The notes beneath the pieces were generated by a model. The model made no database searches. It had not been told where the DNA came from and worked only from the letters and a program-made list of their open reading frames with translations. From assembly GCA_030390025.1 (NCBI GenBank), contig CM059425.1, positions 170,378,001 to 170,442,000 of the forward strand: DNA of 64,000 nucleotides, read 5' to 3'. The DNA comes from Squalus acanthias (taxonomy: Eukaryota). Of the stretch, positions 27,112 through 35,615 are shown piece after piece. Made by a program: the position numbers and the translations under genes. How positions within the stretch are numbered: position 1 is the stretch's first letter; each line of letters begins with the position of its first letter.

Positions 27112-28056
27112 TTAGTTTAAATCCTCCCGAACTGCTTTAGCAAATATTACCCCGAGGACATCGGTTCCAGTCCTGCCCAAGTGCAGACCGTCCCTTTTGT
27201 ACAGGTCCCACTTCCCCCAGAACTGGTTCCAATGCCTCAGGAATTTGAATCCCTCCCTCCTGCACCACTGCTCAAGCCACGTATTCAATCTCACTATCCT
27301 GTTCTCTCTATTCTGATTAGCACGTGGCCCTGGTAGCAATCCAGAGATTACTACCTTAGAGGTCCTACTTTTTAATTTAGCTCCTAGCTCCCTAAATTCT
27401 GCTTGTAGGACCTCTTCCCGCTTTTTACCTATATCGTTGGTACCTACATGCACCACGACAGCTGGCTGTTCACCCTCCCTCTTCAGAATGTTCTGCAGCC
27501 GCTCCGAGACATCCTTGACCCTTGCACCAGGGAGGCAACATACCATCCTGGAATCTCGGTTGCGGCCACAGAAACTCCTGTCTATTCCCCTTACAATTGA
27601 GTCCCCTATCACTATAGCCCTACCACTCTTTTTCCCGCCCTGCTGTGCAGCAGAGCCAGCCATGGTGCCATGAACCTGGCTGCTAGTGCCTTCCCCTGGT
27701 AGGCCATCTCCCCCAACAGTATCCAAAGCGGCATACCTGTTTTGGAGGGAGATGACCACAGGGGACTCCTGCACTACCTTCCTGATATTGCCCTGCTTCT
27801 TGGTCACCCATTCATTGTCTGTCCTAGCCTTTACCTGCGGTGTGGACAACTCACTAAATGAGCGATTCACCGAGTTCTCGGCATCGTGCATGCTCCAGAG
27901 TGAGTCCACCCGCAGCTCCAGCACCGCCATGCGGGCTGTCAGGAGCTGCAGCTGGACACACTTCCCGCACACGTAGTTGTCAGGGACACTGGAAGTGTCC
28001 CTGGTTTCCCACATGGCACAGGAGGAGCATGAAACGGGTCCGAGACTTCCTGTCAT
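27112..28056 (-). CDS. CR1 ORF1p: N-terminal CxxC...CxxC zinc finger, leucine zipper, SGNH esterase domain (314 aa, intact)
   Basis: CSSC..W...YVCGKC; IVIGDSIVRG, VVHVGTND, DGLHL SGNH blocks. Confidence 0.92.
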   Translation of the reverse strand: MTGSLGPVSCSSCAMWETRDTSSVPDNYVCGKCVQLQLLTARMAVLELRVDSLWSMHDAENSVNRSFSELSTPQVKARTDNEWVTKKQGNIRKVVQESPVVISLQNRYAALDTVGGDGLPGEGTSSQVHGTMAGSAAQQGGKKSGRAIVIGDSIVRGIDRSFCGRNRDSRMVCCLPGARVKDVSERLQNILKREGEQPAVVVHVGTNDIGKKREEVLQAEFRELGAKLKSRTSKVVISGLLPGPRANQNRENRIVRLNTWLEQWCRREGFKFLRHWNQFWGKWDLYKRDGLHLGRTGTDVLGVIFAKAVREDLN

Positions 28057-28341
28057 GACTTAACCCTTATGTTACTTTATTACTAAAATTTAAACTTATT
28101 TAACTTAGGTCCAGGAGTTAAGTCCCTGAAAACAAAATATAAAATCAAACCTACCTTTTAAATTCCCTCTACCCCTAAAGGTTAGAGGAGGTGGGAGGGT
28201 GGGAGTCACTACTAGTGTAGTGTCTCGTGTTTAGCAACCGCTCCACCTATATACGGGTACCAATGAATTGGCCCCGCCCCCTGCCTTTGAAAAAGCCCGC
28301 GAAGCTCTTTCCCCGCTGGGGAAAAAGGCCACGTAGGTGAG

Positions 28342-28629
28342 TTTAATGACTCACCTCAGGCCTCTGCCGCTCCAACCAGGTCCGCCCCTCCTTCCCCGCT
28401 GCCGACCGCTCTGTGGGAGAGAGAAAGAAAGAAAGGCTCCTCCTCCCCCGCTGTCGACGCTGGTCTGAGGCCTACCTGAGCCTCGGGCTTCCCTTTAATG
28501 ACTCACCTCAGGCCTCTGCCGCTCCAACCAGGTCCGCCCCTCCTTCCCCGCTGCCGACCGCTCTGTGGGAGAGAGAAAGAAAGAAAGGCTCCTCCTCCCC
28601 CGCTGTCGACGCTGGTCTGAGGCCTACCT
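28342..28629. repeat. Tandem 136-bp identical repeat (period 152) in the CR1 5' UTR
   Basis: 28342-28477 equals 28494-28629. Confidence 0.92.
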
Positions 28630-29032
28630 TAGGACAGGTATTAATAGGGGAGGGTTTTGTTTTAAGGATAATTATAATGTGTGTCCCCTTTTTCGATGTG
28701 TCGTGCGCTCCTCGTTTCCCTAAACCTAGTTGCATAAATGTATGTAAGCTTGTACTGTCATTAATCTGTGCTTATGACATGTATTTCGTAATCTTGAACA
28801 ATATGCAATAAAGATTTTCCATTTCGTACTATTCAACCGGGTCTACCTGAGTTTTCTCTGCATTACTGCTCTCGCACCTAAGTCCAGTGTCAGAACCGTA
28901 AGGGCGAGTGGGTTGAACCACTCACAGGTGTCTAGTGCTACCAGGCTGGCTGGAGACCAGAACAGGCAACAAGGCCTAACCCCGCACTAGCACCCAGGCT
29001 AAGCACAGAGCCACCCGAACCCCTTACAGATA

Positions 29033-30857
29033 ATGGCGACCACGAAGGGACACTGGCAGCGAGAAAGTAATGTGTTAGACCCTGGTATGAATGGGCGAAA
29101 TGTTATGGAAGAGAGAATAGCCAATTATGTGTTTGGTAAGGTTAATTTGACTAAGAGATGGATAAGTGACCTGTTGGTGGATAAGCGTCCGCTAGACGCA
29201 GCCATCAGGTGGACAGGCAGTAAAGAACACAGAAAATCAGTAGAGAAAGCGGTCTGGCTGATGTGTTATAAAAGGCAAGTCCAGCTTTCGGACCAGGCCA
29301 TCGTAGCGCCGGCAGCTCAGATCACGGGTTTGGTGGTGGAGATGGAGGAAAAGGTCGCGGGGGGGGCAGCAGCTCATAGCGTCCTTAAATGCGTTGCATC
29401 AAGAGCGCCAGTTAGTCGCCAACCACCATGAGGCGAAAATAGATTACCTCGAGTGCCAGGTCACTGAGGCCAAGTTAAATGAGGGTAGAATCAGGGAACG
29501 ATGTGCCCGCCTAGCTGCTCAAATAAAAGCCCAGGAAGAGAGCTTAAAGGGAGTTAGGGCGGCATATAAAATGGCCCTCGAAGATAAACATGAGGGGGCC
29601 GACCACAGCGTCTGCCAGAGAGAGATAGGGAACCTTAAAGAGGCCCTGAATAAAGCGCACGGCATGGTGTGCCTTATCAGCCCGTCAGCACACCAGCCGC
29701 CGGTGGGTGGGGAATTTCAGAAATCCCTACCTAACAAGGCAGAGGAGGTATTTGCCACTGCACCCTCCGTGCCGCCCAGCTATTCGGCAACCTGGGTAAG
29801 GGAGGAAGTGGTAGAATTAGAGGAAGAGGTCCCCGAGGTAGTACAGCCCCCTGAAGTAGTAGTGAAGCCGGGACCGTTGTGCCCGCTTACAGGTATCAAG
29901 AGGGGCCCGAACGGAGATGGTGGGGAAGCGGGGAATCTCCTCAGCCAGCTTGTGTTGCCGCACAATGCACACCAGCTGAGGGCTATGATCAGTCACGTAC
30001 GGAAGCTGTCCGAGTCAGACGACCCTTCCATACATTTCAGGGAGGTAGAGCAGACCGCAGCCATTAACGGCTGCGACGATGGGGAAAAGGCAAAAATGCT
30101 GCTGTTCTCATTAGACAGCTCGGTACTACAGTGTCTCTCAGACGCGGGCAAAAGGGGAGATCATACCTATGGGGAATTAAGGGACGAGGTCCTGGAAGTG
30201 TTGGGGGCGGACGATGAAGGTCCGTTCGTTAGATTGGGACAGACAGTGCAGATGGAGAGGGAACCCCCGAAGGTTTTCGCCGACAGGCTGTGGCCAGTAT
30301 ACCAGCGTAGCTGCCCAGGGGCGCCAGAGCGCGCCTATTTGAATGGCATCGGTTTAACTCATTGGCTCAGGTGTGTAGTAGCCAACAGTTTGCCAGCCGT
30401 CAAGGAGCAGGCAAAAGCGTGGTTTGATCCCACTAACCCCGCCACAACAGAGGAGTCGGTCCTAAATCGATTCACGGTAGGGTACCGTAACACAAGGAGC
30501 ACGGGGGCGCGTCCCCTTAAGGGAAAGGTGCATGAGGCACGGCCCGCCGCCCCAGCTCAAAAGGAGCGGCATCAGGAGGGAAATCGCGTCCCACAAGCCA
30601 GTAATGCTTGTTTCGGGTGCGGAAAGACAGGACACTGGCGCAAGAACTGCAGGAACCCTTGGAAAGAGTCCAGGGATAAAAATCCCACAGCCCGAGCCCA
30701 GGCGCCTGCCCCCGATAAGGGAGCTGGTGTGCATATCCATCCCGATGCGATAGAATCAATGCTGGGAGCCATGCGGACTCTCATGATTTCGCAAGGAAGG
30801 GTGGCAGTCGCTACCGGCCCCACAGATGCCGCAGCCCCGTCCAACAGTACCCAATGA
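29033..30857 (+). CDS. gag: Gag (~607 aa after removing one G from the G8 run at 29359-29366): coiled-coil N-terminus, PPSY late domain, capsid-like region, single CCHC knuckle
   Basis: ORFs 29033..29431 and 29394..30857 join at the G run; CFGCGKTGHWRKNC; position between PBS and protease. Confidence 0.88.
29034..29051 (+). promoter_or_regulatory. Primer binding site TGGCGACCACGAAGGGAC, complementary to the 3' end of a tRNA-Arg (likely TCG)
   Basis: 18 nt starting TGG, 5 nt after the LTR CA; reverse complement GTCCCTTCGTGGTCGCCA matches the vertebrate tRNA-Arg(TCG) 3' end as I recall it. Confidence 0.85.
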
Positions 30858-33800
30858 CTAGAGCCCGCACAGCCCGTCTACCTGTGTCCGCTCAGCTATG
30901 ATGCGTGGAAGCGACCCCTGGTAGAGATGGAGGTAGAGAAGCAGAAGGGTAGTTATTTGTTGGACACGGGAGCTTCATGCACCGTGATTCATACGGATAG
31001 TCCCTTTGACTCACCACTGTCTACCAAGGTCCCATACACATTAGCGGGGTTCACGGGAAAAGAGCAGGCTGGCGCGTTCTCCATTCCGCTCTCCATTCAT
31101 TTAGGAGCACTCCACACCACGTGGAAGTGCATACTGATGAAATGGCAAGAGGGGGGTGGGAGAGGCATCCTCGGATCAGATCTCCTATCGGAGCATGGGA
31201 TCCTCGTGGACCTTAGGAATCACTGTCTCTGGGGAGCCAAGGGTGGAAAAGGCAAGGTAGTGGTAATCCCGGGGGAGGAAGGTAAAGGGGCCCTGTGTAC
31301 CATGAAGCCATCCGGAGGCTACGACCTCGAGCTTATGGTCGCGGATGTCCCAACGGACATGCAGACATACGTGTCAGATAATATGCACGCGTTTGCAACC
31401 CACAAACACGATTGTGGGAGGGTTACCGGGTTTGAGGTCAGCGTAGATGGGGACCCCATGACCCAGCCCCAAAAGCAGTATAACTTCCCCAAAGAAGCAG
31501 AACCCGATATGGAGACAGCAATGTCCTCCTTGGTGCAGCAGGGCGTGTTGAGGCCGATAGCCACACACGTGAACTCCCCATTATGGCCGGTGAGGAAGCC
31601 GGATAATTCGTGGAGGGCCACGGTGGACTACAAAGTCCTCAATAGTAACATTCCCGCCTGCGCGCCCACGGTAGCAGCAGTTGCTGACCTAATAGGGAGT
31701 ATCCCAGCGTCCGCGACCACGTTCACGGTGCTGGACATCTCGAACGGTTTTTGGTCCATCCCACTGCGGCGAGAGGACCAGTACAAGTTTGCCTTTACTT
31801 TCAAAGGACAACAGTACACATGGAACTGTTTGCCACAGGGTTTCCACAACAGCCCCAGTATTTTCCATCAGTGTATGGCAGGAAGTTTAAAGGAGTTTAG
31901 TCAGCCCAATCAGATAGTGCAGTACGTGGATGATTTGCTCCTATTTACGGACTCAAGGGAGGAGCATGGACCACTGCTGGCCGAGTTATTGGAGCTGCTA
32001 GCGAGAAAGGGTTTTAAAGTGAACCCTAAGAAAGCACGTATCGGTCAGCAGGAAGTAAAATTCCTGAGGCTGACCATTCGCGCTGGGGAAAGAGCCATAG
32101 ATAAGGCTAGGAGGGAGTCGGTGCAAGAGTTACCGATTCCCAACACCATAAGGGGTGTGAGGTCCTTTTTGGGACAAACCGGTTACTGCAGAGATTTTAT
32201 CGAAGACTATGCGGCCACAGCAGCGCCACTGCTCCGACTCCTCCATAAGGGAGTGGAGTGGTCTTGGGACGAGGGCTGCCAGGCAGCCTTCGAGAAGTTA
32301 AAAAGGAATTTGCAGACCGCGCCAGCTTTAGGGGCCATAGATGGGGGAAAGGAGTTTTTCCTGGAGGTAGCTGCCAGCGGAGACAGCTTGAGCGCTGTGC
32401 TGCTCCAAGAGTGGCACGGCAAGCTGAGGCCGGTTGTCTATTCGTCCAGGGTGTTAACGGATGTGGAGAGGAGTTTCTCCAATTGCGAAAGGCATCTTTT
32501 AGCCACGCATTGGGCTGTGAAAAGATCAGCGATCTTCACAGGGCTCTCTCCCATCACTCTCTTCACCCATCACACACCAACTAAGATGCTTCTAGATGGG
32601 AGGATTAAGGATGGGACCGTGAGCAGCGCTCGAATTGCGCGCTGGACCCTTCTCCTTTCCCAGATGGATCTTAGAGTTAAAGGTCTTTGCGAGCCCAGGC
32701 TTGCGGCCAACTTGGTATACCCCGGTACAGCCCACCAGTGTTCGGTGGAAGGAGTGTGGGAAGTCAACATAGGTTTGCGGGCCGGGATACATCCCACAGG
32801 GCGCGAAATTTATGTTGATGGATCCAGCACAGTGTCCGCTGGCGAACGACTCACAGGGTGTGGAGTTTATGACCCTGCGGCAAACCTTGCCCTGGCGATT
32901 AAGCTCCCCAGCACCATGAGCGCGCAGCAGGCTGAGCTGTCTGTGGTGGCGTATGTCGTTACCCACCCAGAAACTTTCCCAACCCCATACACGATTTGCT
33001 CAGACAGTATGTTCACATGCAATTCGTGTACGGAATACCTGGCCATTTGGTCCCGCCGTGGATACACCTCCGCGGACGGGCGACCTTTAACGGTGAAGCC
33101 CTTGCTGGAAAAGATCCTAGCTGCAGTAGGGGAGGAAGGGGAGATTTTCATCCATAAGGTGAAGGCTCACTCCTCCACAGAGCCCCGCGGGGAGGGCAAC
33201 CAGCAGGCGGATGCGCTAGCCAGGGAGGGTGCCCGTAACGGCATTTTCTGGGACCCCTATGGGCCCGGACCCGTGGCAGCGATCCAAGGCAGGGACGGGA
33301 ATCCCGGGAACACCAGGGTAACATTGCCCCTCGACCTTAAGACCGTCCAGAACCAGGATCACGCCCTAAAAGCAGTTCTCAGAACCATTGCTGAGGGCAA
33401 GCAGGTAGAGGGTCCGTACAGTACGGCAACTCTCTCCGTTAAAGAAGGCATGCTGTTCCGCGAGGAGCAGTGGGTTGTGCCGCAGCAGCACAGGAGGGAA
33501 TTCCTCCAGTTGGCTCATGAGGGGCCGGGGGCAGGGCACCCCGGGCCCGAGGTTACCTGGCAACGGGTAGAGCAGGCGGGATGGTGGCCGGGACTCAGGG
33601 AGCAGGTCCGCGAGTTCTGTGCAAGCTGTCTCGTGTGCGCTGCAAACAACCCAGACCCCCAGAAAAGGAAAGTGCCCATGGGGCACATCAGGAGGGTGGA
33701 GGGACCATGGCAGTCGATACAGATCGACTATATAGGGCCCCTGCCCACCACCCAGGGAGGCTACAAATACTGCCTCGTCTTGGTGGATGTGTTTTCCAAA

Positions 33801-34862
33801 TGGGTGGAAGCCTTCCCCTGTAGAACAGCTACGGCGCTGGGTACTGCAAAAATCTTGGTCCGGGAAGTGTTCTCGCGTTGGGGACTCCCCCGTTTCGTGG
33901 AGTCAGACCAAGGGAGTCATTTCACCGGCCAGGTGATGCAGAACACCCTCATGCTTTTGGGCATTGAAGGAAAGTGGCACGTAGCGCACAATCCCCAGTC
34001 ATCTGGGATTGTTGAACGCATGAACCGGACCCTGAAGGAGAAATTGAGGAAAGAGACTATGAACTCGCCCCAAAAATGGGCGGAGGTTCTGCCTCTAGTC
34101 CGCATGGGGATCCGGGCCAGTCAGTCGAAAAGTACGGGGTATTCCCCACACGAGGTGATGACTGGGAGGCTCATGCGAACCCCCACCCATGTGCTAGCGC
34201 CGGTGCTCACTGAGGGTCAGCTCCAAGAGGTAAGCAGGGACAAGTTCATCCAGACCCTCTTGGAGCGCCTGAAGCAGGTTTATGAGCAGGCGGCTGGGAA
34301 CATGGGAAGGCAGCATCAGGGCAATCGCCTGTTGCTGGAACCCCGCAAGAAACAGGAGTGGGAAGTAGGAGACCAGGTCATGGTCAGAAACTATGCCAGA
34401 GTAGGGAGCCTGGAACCACTGTATATGGGACCCTACAGCATTGTAGATAAGGCAAGTCCCATGGTATACGCCGTAAAGGTACCTCGGCGCACTAAGTGGT
34501 TCCACGTAAACCAGTGCAAACTGTATAAGCCGGGTGCACAAGGGCCAACCACAGGGGCCAAACCTGCGAGTGGGGACTCGCAGCCCCGGGTAGGACCGCA
34601 GGGTACACAGGCTGGTAAGGCAGCTTGTATCAGGGGAGAGGACATCCTAGCAAAATGTAGGATCCTTTATTGGGGTTGGGAGTCAGATGAGGAAGAGTTC
34701 GAGGAGCTCGACCAAGATAGTGACCCGAGCAAAGAGGAGCTGGGATCGGAGGACGAAAGGTTCGCCCCGATTCAAGTAAAGGAAGATAGGGACTGCGAGT
34801 GGAGGTCCACACAGGGTGGAAGCAGAAGCTGCAGGTCCCGAACTCAGGGGGGGCGAAGCTAG
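30858..34862 (+). CDS. pol: Pol: PR-RT-tether (degenerate RNase H)-RNase H-IN; open frame continuous with gag (first ATG 30927, 1311 aa)
   Basis: LLDTGAS and ILGSDLL; LPQG..SP and YVDD (31923); FFLEVAAS tether; IYVDGSS/AQQAEL/SDS/KVKAH/GNQQADALA RNase H; HHCC, QIDYIG/SDQG/VERMNRTLK, GPY integrase. Confidence 0.96.
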   Translation, partial: LEPAQPVYLCPLSYDAWKRPLVEMEVEKQKGSYLLDTGASCTVIHTDSPFDSPLSTKVPYTLAGFTGKEQAGAFSIPLSIHLGALHTTWKCILMKWQEGGGRGILGSDLLSEHGILVDLRNHCLWGAKGGKGKVVVIPGEEGKGALCTMKPSGGYDLELMVADVPTDMQTYVSDNMHAFATHKHDCGRVTGFEVSVDGDPMTQPQKQYNFPKEAEPDMETAMSSLVQQGVLRPIATHVNSPLWPVRKPDNSWRATVDYKVLNSNIPACAPTVAAVADLIGSIPASATTFTVLDISNGFWSIPLRREDQYKFAFTFKGQQYTWNCLPQGFHNSPSIFHQCMAGSLKEFSQPNQIVQYVDDLLLFTDSREEHGPLLAELLELLARKGFKVNPKKARIGQQEVKFLRLTIRAGERAIDKARRESVQELPIPNTIRGVRSFLGQTGYCRDFIEDYAATAAPLLRLLHKGVEWSWDEGCQAAFEKLKRNLQTAPALGAIDGGKEFFLEVAASGDSLSAVLLQEWHGKLRPVVYSSRVLTDVERSFSNCERHLLATHWAVKRSAIFTGLSPITLFTHHTPTKMLLDGRIKDGTVSSARIARWTLLLSQMDLRVKGLCEPRLAANLVYPGTAHQCSVEGVWEVNIGLRAGIHPTGREIYVDGSSTVSAGERLTGCGVYDPAANLALAIKLPSTMSAQQAELSVVAYVVTHPETFPTPYTICSDSMFTCNSCTEYLAIWSRRGYTSADGRPLTVKPLLEKILAAVGEEGEIFIHKVKAHSSTEPRGEGNQQADALAREGARNGIFWDPYGPGPVAAIQGRDGNPGNTRVTLPLDLKTVQNQDHALKAVLRTIAEGKQVEGPYSTATLSVKEGMLFREEQWVVPQQHRREFLQLAHEGPGAGHPGPEVTWQRVEQAGWWPGLREQVREFCASCLVCAANNPDPQKRKVPMGHIRRVEGPWQSIQIDYIGPLPTTQGGYKYCLVLVDVFSKWVEAFPCRTATALGTAKILVREVFSRWGLPRFVESDQGSHFTGQVMQNTLMLLGIEGKWHVAHNPQSSGIVERMNRTLKEKLRKETMNSPQKWAEVLPLVRMGIRASQSKSTGYSPHEVMTGRLMRTPTHVLAPVLTEGQLQEVSRDKFIQTLLERLKQVYEQAAGNMGRQHQGNRLLLEPRKKQEWEVGDQVMVRNYARVGSLEPLYMGPYSIVDKASPMVYAVKVPRRTKWFHVNQCKLYKPGAQGPTTGAKPASGDSQPRVGPQGTQAGKAACIRGEDILAKCRILYWGWESDEEEFEELDQDSDPSKEELGSEDERFAPIQVKEDRDCEWRSTQGGSRSCRSRTQGGRS

Positions 34863-35200
34863 GGGAGGCGGAGCCAGCGGCTGTGGTGGGACCACAGGAC
34901 GTGGCGATGGAAGTCTCAGAACCCAGTCCGTCCGCCTTGGAAGTCTTGCCCTCGGGGGAGGTAGGGACTGCGAGTGAAGGGCCACCTACTGAGCCAAGTA
35001 GGGCGGTGCCAGAGACTGCAGATCCCGAGTTCAGGGAGGCGGAGCCAGGGGAGGCGGAGCCAGCGGCTGTGGTGGGACCACAGGACATGGCGATGGAAGT
35101 CTCAGAACCCGGTCCGTCGGTCCTGGAGTTCTTGCCCCCGGTAGCTCCCCGTAGGTCAAGTCGGATACCCCAGCCCAGGAAGAGATGGTCAAGTCCCTAG
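34799..35200 (+). pseudogene. Probable frameshifted C-terminal extension of Pol: acidic/Pro-rich 62-aa tandem repeat ending RRSSRIPQPRKRW
   Basis: 186-bp period repeat (34861/35047); aligning the two units indicates two +1 insertions that would link it to the pol frame. Confidence 0.55.
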
Positions 35201-35615
35201 AGTGTCCCAAGGCGTAGGTTCAAGGCTAAGGCAGCCCAGGGAGAGCCCAGTCACAGCACAGCAGCAACAGGCTGCGGCAGATCAAAGGGAGGGGTCAATG
35301 CCCTCCCACCGTTGGGAGAAGCCTGCGGCAGCCGCCGCAGAATTTGAGTAGGCCGCCCTGGGAACGGGCGGCGCTGAACAGTTTATAAGATAAGTGATAA
35401 GTTTTAGTTTGTAAGTTTTGTAAGTTTTATAGTTAAATTTTGATAAGTAAAAGATAAATGATGGGAGTTTAGAATAGGTTCAGTTAAAAGTCTATCCAGT
35501 GCACATGTCTTTTTACGTGAGGCGAGGTCAGGGGACCCGCTCACCCTTCACAAAAGCCAGAGACTCTTGGGAGGCTGGCTACCTCATGTTATCTGATCAC
35601 AGGAACCAAGGAAGG

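Larger units (their letters stand above)
24029..28628 (-). mobile_element. Full-length CR1 LINE (4.6 kb) inserted antisense in the 5' LTR
   Basis: 5' UTR with tandem monomers, ORF1, ORF2, (TTCTATG)-type tail at 24029-24050; TTA duplicated at 24026-24028/28629-28631; absent from the 3' LTR. Confidence 0.97.
22784..29028 (+). repeat. 5' LTR (1642 bp: 22784-24028 + 28632-29028), split by a CR1 insertion
   Basis: Starts TGTAGAATTC, ends CCCCTTACA; aligns to 38415-40053 with about 14 substitutions and one AAG indel by eye. Confidence 0.95.
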
